Of a stretch of 64,000 bases of DNA, positions 46,357-56,507 are shown piece after piece; within the stretch, counting starts at the first letter, position 1, and the number at the start of each line of letters is the position of its first letter. The position numbers and the translations under genes are program-made. Under the pieces are notes generated by a model. That model ran no database searches. It saw only the letters and a program-made list of their open reading frames with translations, and was not told the DNA's origin. The stretch comes from a virus. The DNA lies in IMG/VR virus record IMGVR_UViG_3300031565_014867, positions 17,783 to 81,782 of that record, one strand, 5' to 3'.

Positions 46357-47166
46357 ATGAAGCGACTGGAGCAATACGACGTGTTCTCGTTGCCCGTGTC
46401 GGAGGTGTTCTACGACGCGGACTTCAACTGTCGTGGTGCGTTCACGCTTCAGTCGGTCGAGGAGCTTGCCCAGAGCATCGACGAACTGGGGTTGCAGTTC
46501 CCGGTGGTCGTGCAGCCGTCCGAGGAAATCGAGGAGTTGGAGCATGAGGGGTTTCGATGGCGACTGATTGCCGGGCATCGACGATTTCGAGCAGTAACGA
46601 CCTTCCTCAAGTGGACGGAGATACCGGCGTCTGTGTGGCAAGGGCTGACGGAGCGGCAGGCCCGGATGTTCAACTTCACCGAGAACCTGGAGCGGAAAGA
46701 CCTGAACGTGTTGGAGGAAGCCCGGGCGTTGGGCCGGCTCTTCCCCCAGGGCACATCGTTACGAGAGGCCGCAAGGGAACTGAAACGGCACACCCGATGG
46801 GTCCAGGCCCGGTTCCGACTACTCAGGCTGCCCAAGGAAGTGCAGATCAAGGTGGCGGCTGGGACGCTGAGCCTGGTGGACATGGAGGCCGTCGCCCAAT
46901 TCGAGACGCCAGACGAACAGATCAAGGCGGCCAATGACATCGCCAAGGCGAAGCGGCGCGGCCGCCATCCGAGCGAGACCAAGCCGGGCCGCAGCTTCCG
47001 CTATCGGAAAACAAAATCGCAGATTAACCAGATGATTGCGAAGTTGATGGAACACGGGCTCGACGGACTCACGACACGCGCACTGGCTTGGGCTGCCGGT
47101 TCTATTGGTGACAACGAGTTTGACGAGGACATTCGGCAAATAGAGCGTGAGTGCGAGCGATCGTAG
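46357..47166 (+). CDS. Second ParB/Srx-family protein
   Basis: LAQSI..GLQFPVVV, LIAGHRRFRA, ENLERKDLNVLEEA, HTH. Confidence 0.9.
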   Translation: MKRLEQYDVFSLPVSEVFYDADFNCRGAFTLQSVEELAQSIDELGLQFPVVVQPSEEIEELEHEGFRWRLIAGHRRFRAVTTFLKWTEIPASVWQGLTERQARMFNFTENLERKDLNVLEEARALGRLFPQGTSLREAARELKRHTRWVQARFRLLRLPKEVQIKVAAGTLSLVDMEAVAQFETPDEQIKAANDIAKAKRRGRHPSETKPGRSFRYRKTKSQINQMIAKLMEHGLDGLTTRALAWAAGSIGDNEFDEDIRQIERECERS

Positions 47167-47168
47167 AT

Positions 47169-47204
47169 ATTCCAGCGATTCCGATGATTCCAATGATTCC
47201 AGTA
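47169..47204 (+). repeat. Four 9-bp tandem repeats (ATTCCRRYR)
   Basis: ATTCCAGCG ATTCCGATG ATTCCAATG ATTCCAGTA, intergenic. Confidence 0.8.
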
Positions 47205-47349
47205 GTTGTAGGGGTACACGGAATTCCTTTGATTGTGGCAATCCCGCATCTTTTGCCTTTTTTAACATTCTCGCAGCGAAGAGTCGATTTCGCTTTGTAC
47301 GAGGACGCATAACCGGCATGGATTGCCTGACTTCACACAGGGGACATCC

Positions 47350-49776
47350 ATGTCCAAGGTCTTCATCGACAGCGAAACGTGCGGCTTGCACTCGATGATG
47401 GTCCTCCTCCAGTACGCGGAGGAAGACGGGCCGATTCACCTCTACGACGTGTGGAAGCGGCCGATCCGCGAGACGCTACGGCTGATCGAGTGGCTCTGTG
47501 AGCATACCGTCGTCGGGTTCAACCTCGCGTTCGATTGGTTCCAAATCGTCAAGGTCTATACGACGTTTCGGCTGGCCGATCCTGATTGGAATCCGGAAGA
47601 GCATATCGACGAGATCGCCCTACTGGAGCCGCAGGCCCAGGAAGGGCCGTGCGTGAAGCCGGCCAGTGCGCTCGACCTGCTGCTGCACTCTCGCAAAGGG
47701 CCATACCAGTCACTCATGGCACGAGAGGACATTCGCATCCGTCGGGTGCCGACCGCCCTGGCCTACGCCTTGGCCGAGGAACTCGAAGGGCGCGTCGAGT
47801 TGGACGGCATCTACTTCGCCCGCAGTGCCGACAAAGACGCTCCCCGCTGGAAGGTGTTTGACGTCAAGGATCGGGACGGCGAGATCGACCCGAACTTCAA
47901 GGACGTGGTGCTCAAGTTCAACCCGTCCGGCGGACTGAAGTTCCTGGCCGAGTACGCGATGGGGTTCAAGCCCAAGTACCACTACAAGGATGTCGAGCCG
48001 AACCCCAAGTGGTTTCCCAGGGAACTCGGCTATGCCCCGACCGCATTGGCGCTGAGCAGCCCCGAACAGAATTGGGAGGTCTACGAGACGGATAAGAAGA
48101 CCGGCGAACGTGTGCTCAAAGGCCACGCCTGGCCCGCCGTGATTCAGAAGTTCATCGACCATTGGGCGACCAACGAGCCCGCCCGAGACTATGCCCGCGA
48201 TGACATCGTGTACACCCGAGCCCTCGATAAACACTTCGGCAATCCCGAGCCCGGCGACGACGACAGCATTCTCGCCTGCATGGTGCCGGTTGTTCGATGG
48301 CGCGGGTTCCAGATCGACCTTCCCGGCATCAAGGAACTCTTGGCAAAGGCCCAATGCGTCGTGGCCAATTCACCCGTCAATGTCAACAAACCATCGGAAG
48401 TCCGCGCCTTCCTCGGCGAGTGCATGGACGAGATGGAGAAGGTTACGATCGAGGAGACGACCAAGAAGGCCAAGCTCGAAGCGGTTTCCAAGTGGCACCT
48501 CACTGAGGATGAAGAGTGCAGCAAGTGCCTGAGTGAAGACCCAGACTGCCAGCGGTGCAATGGCACGGGCATGTTGTCGAGCGCCGGTGACATTACCGAC
48601 TATTCCGGCAACCATCCGGCCGCAGTCCGTGCCGCCAGGATTCTCGCCGTGAAAACGGCCGTCAAGGAGATCGAACTGTACTCGAAGCTCTTGGTGGCCG
48701 GCAAGTTCCACGCCTCGTTCAACGTCGTCGGCACACTTTCGTCCCGCATGTCCGGCGGCGACGGACTGAACGCCCAAGGCATCAAGAAGACGAAGGAAGT
48801 CCGGCGGATGTTCCCGCTGGCGTGGGATGGCTACGAACTGTGCGGCGGCGACTTCGACTCGTTCGAGGTGACGTTGGCCGATGCGGTCTACAACGACCAG
48901 ACGCTCCGCTCGGACCTTCTGAGCGGCAAGAAGATCCACGCGCTGTTCGCGATGGCCCTGTTTCCCGGCAAGACCTACGAAGAGGTCATCGCCTCGGACG
49001 GCTCGTCCTTCGACATGTACCACAAAGGCAAGACGGCCGTGTTCCGGATGATCTATGGCGGCGGCTGGGAAGGACTCGCCGACGCCCTGGGCATCCCCGA
49101 GGACGCTGCGCGAGGGGCCTTCGAGAGTTTCGGGCAACGATACAAGGGCGTCGAAAAGGCAAGGGGCAAGACGTTCGATTCGTTCTGCTCGATGCGACAG
49201 CCCGCCGGTGTCGGCAGTGCGGTCATCTGGCACGAGCCGGCCGAGTACGTCGAATCGTTCCTGAAGTTCCGCCGCTATTTCACGCTTGAGAACACGATCA
49301 CCAAAGCCCTGTTCGACCTGGCCCGCAAGGTGCCGGCGGCCTGGCGAAAGACGGACATCAAGGTGATGCGTCGGCCTGGTCGCATCCAAACCGCCGGCGG
49401 CGCTGTCTCCTCGGCGCTGTACGGGGCAGCCTTCGGTATCCAGGCCGCCAACATGCGGGCAGCAGCGAATCACGAGATTCAGTCGCCCGGTGGACAAATT
49501 ACCAAGGCCGTGCAGCGTCGCGTTTGGGACTTGCAGCCGGCAGGCGTTCACGAGTTGCGCGTGGCCCCTATGAACATCCATGATGAAATCATGTGCGTTA
49601 CGCATCCCAGCCAGGTCAAACAAGTCACCGAGCAGGTGCGTGATACCGTCGAATCGTTCCGCCCGCAGGTGCCGCTGATCGGCATGTCGTGGTTCGAGTC
49701 GATGGCGAACTGGGCCGAGAAGAAGGCCGGTGCCGAGAAGGTCAAGATTCGTTGTCCCGAGATGATGGAGGTTTGA
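47350..49776 (+). CDS. Family A DNA polymerase with a 3'-5' exonuclease domain
   Basis: IDSET, FNLAFD, YARDD; GTLSSRMS, DFDSFE (motif A), KTAVFRMIYG (B), NHEIQS, IHDEI (C). Confidence 0.9.
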   Translation: MSKVFIDSETCGLHSMMVLLQYAEEDGPIHLYDVWKRPIRETLRLIEWLCEHTVVGFNLAFDWFQIVKVYTTFRLADPDWNPEEHIDEIALLEPQAQEGPCVKPASALDLLLHSRKGPYQSLMAREDIRIRRVPTALAYALAEELEGRVELDGIYFARSADKDAPRWKVFDVKDRDGEIDPNFKDVVLKFNPSGGLKFLAEYAMGFKPKYHYKDVEPNPKWFPRELGYAPTALALSSPEQNWEVYETDKKTGERVLKGHAWPAVIQKFIDHWATNEPARDYARDDIVYTRALDKHFGNPEPGDDDSILACMVPVVRWRGFQIDLPGIKELLAKAQCVVANSPVNVNKPSEVRAFLGECMDEMEKVTIEETTKKAKLEAVSKWHLTEDEECSKCLSEDPDCQRCNGTGMLSSAGDITDYSGNHPAAVRAARILAVKTAVKEIELYSKLLVAGKFHASFNVVGTLSSRMSGGDGLNAQGIKKTKEVRRMFPLAWDGYELCGGDFDSFEVTLADAVYNDQTLRSDLLSGKKIHALFAMALFPGKTYEEVIASDGSSFDMYHKGKTAVFRMIYGGGWEGLADALGIPEDAARGAFESFGQRYKGVEKARGKTFDSFCSMRQPAGVGSAVIWHEPAEYVESFLKFRRYFTLENTITKALFDLARKVPAAWRKTDIKVMRRPGRIQTAGGAVSSALYGAAFGIQAANMRAAANHEIQSPGGQITKAVQRRVWDLQPAGVHELRVAPMNIHDEIMCVTHPSQVKQVTEQVRDTVESFRPQVPLIGMSWFESMANWAEKKAGAEKVKIRCPEMMEV

Positions 49777-49904
49777 ACTATGGCATTGCCGTCACGACTC
49801 ATCACATTCCGCGATGCTTGCACGTTCGTCAACCGGGAGAACATGCACAAGCGCAAGGACTCATGCCGTGACCGACAACGCCTGCCCGAATCAACGCACC
49901 GACA

Positions 49905-50306
49905 ATGCGAAAACTAACTATCCCAGGTAGACGAGGGCCGGAATGGCACATCCAACGCGACTTGAAACAGTTCCTTTCAGATCGCGGATGGTTGGTCGAG
50001 CACACGCACGGCAACCTGTACCAACAGGGATTGCCCGACCTGTTCGTGGCGCATCCGCGATACGGACAGCGTTGGATCGACTGCAAACACCCCAAGCGAT
50101 ACTCGTTTACCAAAGCGCAACGAATCAAGTGGCCGCTTTGGGAACAACACGGCGTCGGCATTTGGATCATCACTGCCGCAACGCAGGAACAGTACGACAA
50201 ACTGATGGGGCCGCCGAACTGGCGAGACTATTGGAAACCGTCCTGGGGCGAGATGCCGGACATTGACGCCTTGCTCGACGAACTCGCCGTGAGTGAGATC
50301 GAGTAG
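49905..50306 (+). CDS. VRR-NUC/PD-(D/E)xK nuclease (resolvase-like)
   Basis: EWHIQ, GLPDLF, WIDCK, FTKAQ. Confidence 0.8.
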   Translation: MRKLTIPGRRGPEWHIQRDLKQFLSDRGWLVEHTHGNLYQQGLPDLFVAHPRYGQRWIDCKHPKRYSFTKAQRIKWPLWEQHGVGIWIITAATQEQYDKLMGPPNWRDYWKPSWGEMPDIDALLDELAVSEIE

Positions 50307-50418
50307 ACAACCCACCGCGACCATTCGTGTCGCACAACAACCTGCCTGAAAGAAGAACCCCCCAACCCCAACTGCGCTCCCCGTGCGCGCTCACTGAGAC
50401 AACCCAAACCAACATCCC

Positions 50419-51618
50419 ATGAAACTCCAAACGAAACCCAACCCCTGGTCGTGCGTCGGATCGGCGTTCGCAATGGTGCTCGACATTTCCGCGGCCGACT
50501 TCTTCGGCCACGTCGGGCACGATGGCAGCGAGATCGCTTTTCCCATGCTGCCCGATCCGATGGCACGTCGGGGGCTTCATATCCAAGAGTGCATCACCGC
50601 TTGTGTGAAACTCGGCAATGCTGTCACGCCGATCGAGTTGTTCCCGGTGATTCAGGCAACGACCCCTGACGAGAACAACGTCCTCGTTCTCTTCGGCGAC
50701 GACGAGTCGGCCAATTGGCATCGCTTGGAGAAGGTCGTTCAAACATCAACCGGTGTGCTCGAAGGCGTCGGCCGCCGATGCCTCCATGCTGTGGCCTACG
50801 ACCACGGCATGATCTTCGATCCGGACGGCGACCACTATCCCTATTCCCGCCCCGCCTGCGAGTCGCGTGGCTTTTGGCCTCGCCGTGCATGGCGCGTAGA
50901 CCGTCTCCACTCTCCACCTCCCAATCCATCTATCCCAGAACTCCTCCGAAAGGACCATACCGTGAGTTCCTATGACTACGATTTGACAAGCAAGATTCCA
51001 AAGGCATTGGACCGCAAACAGAACGAGCGGCTCTACGCCCGCGTCATGGCGGGCGACGGCAAAGCTCGCGAGGAAATGATTGAGGGCAACATGCCGCTGG
51101 TGATTGCCAAGGTGGACGCCTATGTCGGCTGCCATCCGCAGGTCGCCTATCTGCGCGACGACCTGCACAGTGCCGGCTTCCTCGCGTTGGTCAAGGCGGT
51201 CAACACGATGGCCGATCACGACCAACCGAGCAACGTGAATCCCACGGGCTACATCTCAGTCGCCATTACCCACGAGATCACCAGAGTGACAGAGAAGGAG
51301 TCGGCAATGGGCCTGACGAGCATTCCCGAATCAGTGGATGGTCCTGTCAGCAACCACGACGTTCCCGAGGTGGAACACGACATTCCCGATTCAACCACCG
51401 ACGTGAACGAGAGCGCAGTGCAGGGACTATTCGAGTTGCGAGACGTGCTCCAGTCGTGCTGTGAATCCGACAAGGAGCGCACGCTGCTCCGGATGCGCGA
51501 AGAGGGTTACTCGGACCGTGAGATTGCCGAGACGCTCGACCTTCCCCACATCACCACGTTTCGACTCCGCAAGGAACTGGAAGAGCGTTTCAACCAGAAG
51601 TGCCGCGAATTGGAGTAG
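50419..51618 (+). CDS. Single frame: C39-like peptidase domain followed by a sigma70-family sigma factor (internal GTG start at 50962)
   Basis: Q..WSCVG/HAVAY/FDP; GDGKAREEMIEGNMPLV, DDLHSAGFLALVKA, GYSDREIAETL; AAGGA before the GTG at 50962; no stop between the domains. Confidence 0.8.
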   Translation: MKLQTKPNPWSCVGSAFAMVLDISAADFFGHVGHDGSEIAFPMLPDPMARRGLHIQECITACVKLGNAVTPIELFPVIQATTPDENNVLVLFGDDESANWHRLEKVVQTSTGVLEGVGRRCLHAVAYDHGMIFDPDGDHYPYSRPACESRGFWPRRAWRVDRLHSPPPNPSIPELLRKDHTVSSYDYDLTSKIPKALDRKQNERLYARVMAGDGKAREEMIEGNMPLVIAKVDAYVGCHPQVAYLRDDLHSAGFLALVKAVNTMADHDQPSNVNPTGYISVAITHEITRVTEKESAMGLTSIPESVDGPVSNHDVPEVEHDIPDSTTDVNESAVQGLFELRDVLQSCCESDKERTLLRMREEGYSDREIAETLDLPHITTFRLRKELEERFNQKCRELE

Positions 51619-51623
51619 TAGCC

Positions 51624-52223
51624 ATGCTTCCAACGCGAATCCTATTGGACCTGGACGACGTGTGCAATCGGTTCACGATGTACGCGCTCAAGCAAGTCGG
51701 TTGCCCCGTTGACGAACTGGCCTACCGCGACTTCAACCCCGCATGGGGCTGGGACATCGTGGGTGCGGCCAACGCGCTGCATTTGACCCGCGAGTTCACG
51801 CCGGCCGAGTTCTGGGACTCGCTGGACAGGGACGTGTGGGCAAGCGTGCCGGAGTCGGGCGAGTTCAAGACTCTGCTTCGTCGGTGCGAAGCCCTGGTCG
51901 GTCCCGAGAACGTCTGCATCCTCAGCAGCCCGACGCTCGATCCAGACTGCCTGGCAGGCAAGCTCGAATGGATTCACCGTCACTTTCCGAAGCGGATGCA
52001 CCGGCAATTCCTGATCGGTCCGCGAAAGCACTTTTGCGCCCGGCCAGATGCCTTGCTGATTGACGACGGCGACCACAACGTCGAAGCGTTTCGCGCCCAC
52101 GGCGGCCAGGCGATCCTCGTACCCCGCCCGTGGAATTCGCTTCACTACATGCCCACCGAGACCCACCTTCACGACGCACTCTCCATGTTCTTCCACATGA
52201 AAGAACATGCCGGAGTCGCGTGA
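51624..52223 (+). CDS. HAD-family 5'(3')-deoxyribonucleotidase
   Basis: LLDLDDV, ILSSP, GKLEWI, LIDD, PRPWN. Confidence 0.85.
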   Translation: MLPTRILLDLDDVCNRFTMYALKQVGCPVDELAYRDFNPAWGWDIVGAANALHLTREFTPAEFWDSLDRDVWASVPESGEFKTLLRRCEALVGPENVCILSSPTLDPDCLAGKLEWIHRHFPKRMHRQFLIGPRKHFCARPDALLIDDGDHNVEAFRAHGGQAILVPRPWNSLHYMPTETHLHDALSMFFHMKEHAGVA

Positions 52224-52301
52224 CCCACCTTCGTTTCCCCTCCTCGTCCTACTCCTCAGTCATCCCGTCCAACAACATCTCAACGTGAAAGGTACGCGCC
52301 C

Positions 52302-53399
52302 ATGTCGCGTCGAGAACTGCTGCAACTGGCCCACACCTACAAGCCGGAGAAGCACAAGATCGCCGGTTGGTTCATATCAGAGAAATGCGACGGCACACGC
52401 TGCTTCTGGGACGGCGGACTCAGCCGTGGTGTACCGACCGACCAGGTGCCGTGGGCGAGCATCACCGATCCGAAAACCGGTAAACGCAAGGCCAAGATCA
52501 AGCCTGTCGCTACTGGCCTCTGGTCTCGTTACGGCAACCCGATCATGGCTCCCGACTGGTTCCTCAATCTCTTGCCGTGTTGCCCGCTCGACGGCGAACT
52601 TTGGGCCGGTCGTGGGAACTTCCAACTCTGTCGATCGATCTGCGCCGGCGACGCTCCGGACCCGCGGTTCGACCGGATTCAATACGCCGTCTACAGCACG
52701 CCGGCTCTGCCCTACGTGTTCGCGGATGGCGAGATCAAGAACGCCAACATGCACCGCACAATCAAGTTGGCGGAGATCGAGTCGTGGATCAACGGCCGAC
52801 GTGCCGAACTGGCTGACTTTGCCTCGGTCGACACGCCCGCCACGTTTGACGGTGAGTTGGCTTTCCTCTGCGAAAACATCCCGTCACAAGACGACCGGGT
52901 GTTCTTGCATCGCCAAGTCAAGCTGGCAAACAGCGAGACGGAAGCCCGCGACAAGGCCAATGCCTTCCTCGAAAAGGTGCTCGACCAGGGTGGCGAGGGG
53001 GTAGTGATCCGCGATCCGCAAGCGTCGTGGTTCCCCAAACGCAATCGGGGCCTGCTCAAGTACAAGCCGTTCGACGATTCCGAAGCGACCATCGTGGGTT
53101 ATGTGGCCGGCAGGGAAGGCAAGCAAGGCAACGTGCTCGGCAAGATCGGAGCCCTGCGGGTCCGCTGGCGCGACATCGAGTTTGAGATCGGCTCCGGCAT
53201 GACGATGGCCGAACGCGAATTGCTCGACGACCGGGCCTTCGACTATGCCGCCGCGCATCCCGGCGAAGTGCTGCCCGACTGGTGCGACGGCAAACACCTC
53301 AAACGTCGGCAGACCATCACGTTCAAGTACCGCGAGCTGTCTGACGACGGCGTGCCCAAAGAGGCCCGCTTCTGGCGGCGACGAGAGGGCGTCGAATGA
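52302..53399 (+). CDS. ATP-dependent DNA ligase
   Basis: SEKCDGTR, LDGELW, GEGVVIR, LLKYKP, FEIGSG, GVPKEARF. Confidence 0.93.
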   Translation: MSRRELLQLAHTYKPEKHKIAGWFISEKCDGTRCFWDGGLSRGVPTDQVPWASITDPKTGKRKAKIKPVATGLWSRYGNPIMAPDWFLNLLPCCPLDGELWAGRGNFQLCRSICAGDAPDPRFDRIQYAVYSTPALPYVFADGEIKNANMHRTIKLAEIESWINGRRAELADFASVDTPATFDGELAFLCENIPSQDDRVFLHRQVKLANSETEARDKANAFLEKVLDQGGEGVVIRDPQASWFPKRNRGLLKYKPFDDSEATIVGYVAGREGKQGNVLGKIGALRVRWRDIEFEIGSGMTMAERELLDDRAFDYAAAHPGEVLPDWCDGKHLKRRQTITFKYRELSDDGVPKEARFWRRREGVE

Positions 53400-53569
53400 A
53401 GTTGCTCCTTTTCTATGTACTGTGCTTGGCTGCCTTCTACGCAACGAGCCTTGTCGGCGGTCAGTGCCACGCAAAGAGAAACCCGTGGCTGGCGGCAGTC
53501 TGCGCGCTCAGTTGCGTCGCCTGGACCGTGCTGATGATCTACTCACTTTTCATCTGGTTGATCCCATGA
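53396..53569 (+). CDS. Small two-TM membrane protein (57 aa, below the ORF-track cutoff)
   Basis: MKLLLFYVLCLAAFYATSLV..WLAAVCALSCVAWTVLMIYSLFIWLIP; ATGA overlaps at both ends. Confidence 0.6.
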   Translation: MKLLLFYVLCLAAFYATSLVGGQCHAKRNPWLAAVCALSCVAWTVLMIYSLFIWLIP

Positions 53570-54915
53570 CTGACAAACGCACACCGACCACGCTCGACCA
53601 AGCCACGCTTTACTGCGGTGATTCGTGGGACGTGCTTCCGTCGCTGGAGCCGGAGCAGTTTACGGCCTGTGTGTGCGATCCGCCCTATCACCTGACGCAG
53701 GCGAGCCGAAAAGGCAGTCCGCGCAACAACGATCCTGAGACGCCGTTCGGCCGCACCCGTCTCGGCTCCAAAGGGTTCATGGGCAAGACGTGGGATGGTG
53801 GAGACATCGCCTTCCGCCCCGAGTTCTGGACTGAGGTACTGCGGGTTCTCAAACCTGGAGCGATGCTCCTGGCCTTCGGTGGCACGCGGACCTTTCACCG
53901 TCTGACGTGTGCCATCGAAGATGCCGGCTTTGAGATACGCGATTGCCTCATGTGGCTCTATGGTTCGGGGTTTCCGAAGTCGCTCGACATCTCGAAGGCC
54001 CTCGACAAAGCGGCCGGAGCAGATCGCGAAGTCGTGGGAAGCAAAGTCAGACTTCCGGGGTACTCTCTCAATCAATCTGATAGTCCCGGCGGCGTTGCAA
54101 TGTCCGGCAACATAGACAACTCCCTTCGCAATCCTGAAAAGGAGTGTGCCATCACCGCGCCGGCCACCGGACTCGCCCGGCGCTGGGACGGCTGGGGCAG
54201 TTCGCTCAAACCGGCATGGGAACCTATCGTCCTGGCGATGAAGCCACTCGACGGGACGTTCGCCAGGAATGCGCACCGTTACGGCGTGGCGGGCTTGAAC
54301 ATCGACGACTCGCGGATCGGCGTCGGCAAGGGCGGGCATCGCAACGGTGAGAAGACTGCCGAGAAGCGATACGCCGACCGCGGCTCGACCAACTTCGCGC
54401 CGACGCCCGGACCGCGCGGCGGCGATGCGAAAGGCCGCTGGCCTGCCAACCTTCTGCTCGACGAAGAGTCGGGGGCGATGCTCGACCGGCAGAGCGGTGA
54501 GCGTCCGGGGTGCAAGTCGCGCAGCCACGCCAAGCCGGAAAGCAAGTTCCGCCCCAACCAGGGCGAATACATGCCCCAAGGACCGATCTACCCCGACACG
54601 GGCGGCGCGTCTCGCTTCTTCTACTGCGCTAAGGCCAACAAGCGAGATCGAACGTGCGACGGCCAGGTCGAGAACAGCCACCCGACCGTTAAGCCGCGAT
54701 CGCTGATGGAGTATCTCTGCCGTCTCGTCACGTCGCCCGGTGGCGGAGTCATCCTCGACCCGTTCATGGGCTCGGGATCGACCGGCATCGGCGCACTCTC
54801 AACCGGCAACCAGTTCGTCGGGATTGAGCTTGAACCCGAGAGTGTCGAGACCGCGCGACGACGCATCGAAATCGTTTCACAAGCCATTTCTGCATCGGAG
54901 ACAACCAATGCGTAA
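53566..54915 (+). CDS. N6A/N4C DNA methyltransferase (beta class, long TRD)
   Basis: CDPPY, WLYGSGFPKS, LKPAWEP, GRWPAN, HPTVKP, DPFMGSGST. Confidence 0.93.
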   Translation: MTDKRTPTTLDQATLYCGDSWDVLPSLEPEQFTACVCDPPYHLTQASRKGSPRNNDPETPFGRTRLGSKGFMGKTWDGGDIAFRPEFWTEVLRVLKPGAMLLAFGGTRTFHRLTCAIEDAGFEIRDCLMWLYGSGFPKSLDISKALDKAAGADREVVGSKVRLPGYSLNQSDSPGGVAMSGNIDNSLRNPEKECAITAPATGLARRWDGWGSSLKPAWEPIVLAMKPLDGTFARNAHRYGVAGLNIDDSRIGVGKGGHRNGEKTAEKRYADRGSTNFAPTPGPRGGDAKGRWPANLLLDEESGAMLDRQSGERPGCKSRSHAKPESKFRPNQGEYMPQGPIYPDTGGASRFFYCAKANKRDRTCDGQVENSHPTVKPRSLMEYLCRLVTSPGGGVILDPFMGSGSTGIGALSTGNQFVGIELEPESVETARRRIEIVSQAISASETTNA

Positions 54916-55945
54916 GCCGGAACACCTCAGCTACTCGTCGCTGTCCCTCTGGTACAAGGATCGGGACGAGTTCTTCATCCGCTACCTTTCGGACACCAAG
55001 GCCCCACGCCTGCCGCAAGAGAACTATATGTCGATCGGCTCAGCCTTCGACGCCTACGCGAAGTCGGCCCTACACGAGGCGCTTTTCGGAAGTGGGGCCG
55101 ACCCGCAGTTCGAGTTCGACGCAATCTTCACCGATCAGGTCGAAGAGCACAACCGCGACTGGGCACGCGAGCATGGTCGGTATGTATTCGACTGCTACGT
55201 CCACACGGGAGCCTACGCCGAACTTCTCGCGATGCTCTTGAATTCCCGCGAGGAGCCCCGCTTCGAGTTCACCGTCAAGGACGTCATTGGTGACCGCGTG
55301 CCGTTCCTCGGCAAGCCCGACTGCCAGTTTGTCCACGAGTGCGGCGTCCACGTCATCCTCGACTGGAAGGTCAAAGGCTACTGCTCGAAGTATGGGGCCA
55401 GCCCGAGCAAGAACTACATGCTCTGCCACGATGGTTACGACGCGGTGAAGCTCGGCGTTGGGGCGACCAAGAAGAACCCCGAGGGCAAGCAAAGCGCCAG
55501 TCACGGCAAGCCCCACAAGAACTTCGAGCCTCACGACCACCACGGCATGACGATCCATGCCGGCTCGATGGAATACTCCAACCCCGAGTACGCCGACCAA
55601 CTCTCCATCTACGGCTGGCTACTCGGCGAGAAGCCCGGCGACGAGAACGTGGTCGTCTGCGTCGACGAGATCGTCTCGAAGTACATGGGCGAGGGCAAGA
55701 AGCCGTTGTTGCGTGTCGCCAATCACCGCGCCCGAGTCCAACGCGACCACCAAATGCAACTGCTCGATCGAGCGACCGCCTGCTGGGACGCGATCACCAG
55801 CGGCCACATCTTCACCGACCTCTCGCGCGAGGACAGCGACGCCCGTTGCGAGGTGCTCTCCGAGGTGTCGGTCGGCCTGCACAGCAACGGCTCCTCGAAA
55901 GAGGACTGGTTCGCTGAAGTCGTCCGGCCCCAGTTCGCAAGGTAA
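54908..55945 (+). CDS. PD-(D/E)xK exonuclease (RecB/Cas4-like)
   Basis: LSYSSL, GSAFD, FE, GKPD, LDWK, QLSIY. Confidence 0.8.
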   Translation: MRKPEHLSYSSLSLWYKDRDEFFIRYLSDTKAPRLPQENYMSIGSAFDAYAKSALHEALFGSGADPQFEFDAIFTDQVEEHNRDWAREHGRYVFDCYVHTGAYAELLAMLLNSREEPRFEFTVKDVIGDRVPFLGKPDCQFVHECGVHVILDWKVKGYCSKYGASPSKNYMLCHDGYDAVKLGVGATKKNPEGKQSASHGKPHKNFEPHDHHGMTIHAGSMEYSNPEYADQLSIYGWLLGEKPGDENVVVCVDEIVSKYMGEGKKPLLRVANHRARVQRDHQMQLLDRATACWDAITSGHIFTDLSREDSDARCEVLSEVSVGLHSNGSSKEDWFAEVVRPQFAR

Positions 55946-55950
55946 TCGTC

Positions 55951-56178
55951 ATGCCCATCCACCAACCCACATTCGACCGACTCCGCGCTGCGAAGATCAG
56001 CGGCGCTGGGCTGGCAACCATCCTTGAGCAAATGGCCGCCGGCGTCGAGACGCTTGGGGCCGCCACATCACAGCTTCAACTCGACTGGCAACAACCCGAC
56101 GACGAGGTTCGCGAGGGCGACCTGCTGCCCGTCGTCACGTTGTCTCTGCGGCCGGCGCTGCCGGAGGAGGCCCGATGA
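55951..56178 (+). CDS. Small hypothetical protein
   Basis: Fills the operon gap; ATGA overlap with the next gene. Confidence 0.6.
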   Translation: MPIHQPTFDRLRAAKISGAGLATILEQMAAGVETLGAATSQLQLDWQQPDDEVREGDLLPVVTLSLRPALPEEAR

Positions 56179-56507
56179 TTCGCACGTTCGACGACTACCA
56201 GACGGTCGCTGTCTTGACTGCCATTTATCCAGACGACATCCGCATTCTCTACCCGGCCCTTGGCCTTGCCGGAGAGGCCGGCGAGGTCGCCAACAAGGTC
56301 AAGAAGATTTACCGCGACGATGGTGGCCAAGTGACCGACGATCGGCGGACGCAGATCGCTAACGAACTCGGCGGCGTGCTTTGGTACGTGGCAGCGGTCT
56401 GCACGGACTTGAACCTCAACATAGGCGATGTGGCCCGCGAGAACGCTGCCATCCTCGCTTCACGTCAAGAGCGTGGCACGCTGTACGGTGACGGAGACGA
56501 ACGCTGA
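56175..56507 (+). CDS. MazG-like nucleotide pyrophosphohydrolase
   Basis: LGLAGEAGEVANKVKK, ELGGVLWY, GDGDER. Confidence 0.88.
   Translation: MIRTFDDYQTVAVLTAIYPDDIRILYPALGLAGEAGEVANKVKKIYRDDGGQVTDDRRTQIANELGGVLWYVAAVCTDLNLNIGDVARENAAILASRQERGTLYGDGDER

Noticed and set aside
54908-55945. Cas4-like nuclease as part of a CRISPR system
   Set aside because: No array or other cas genes; ordinary phage recombination exonuclease context
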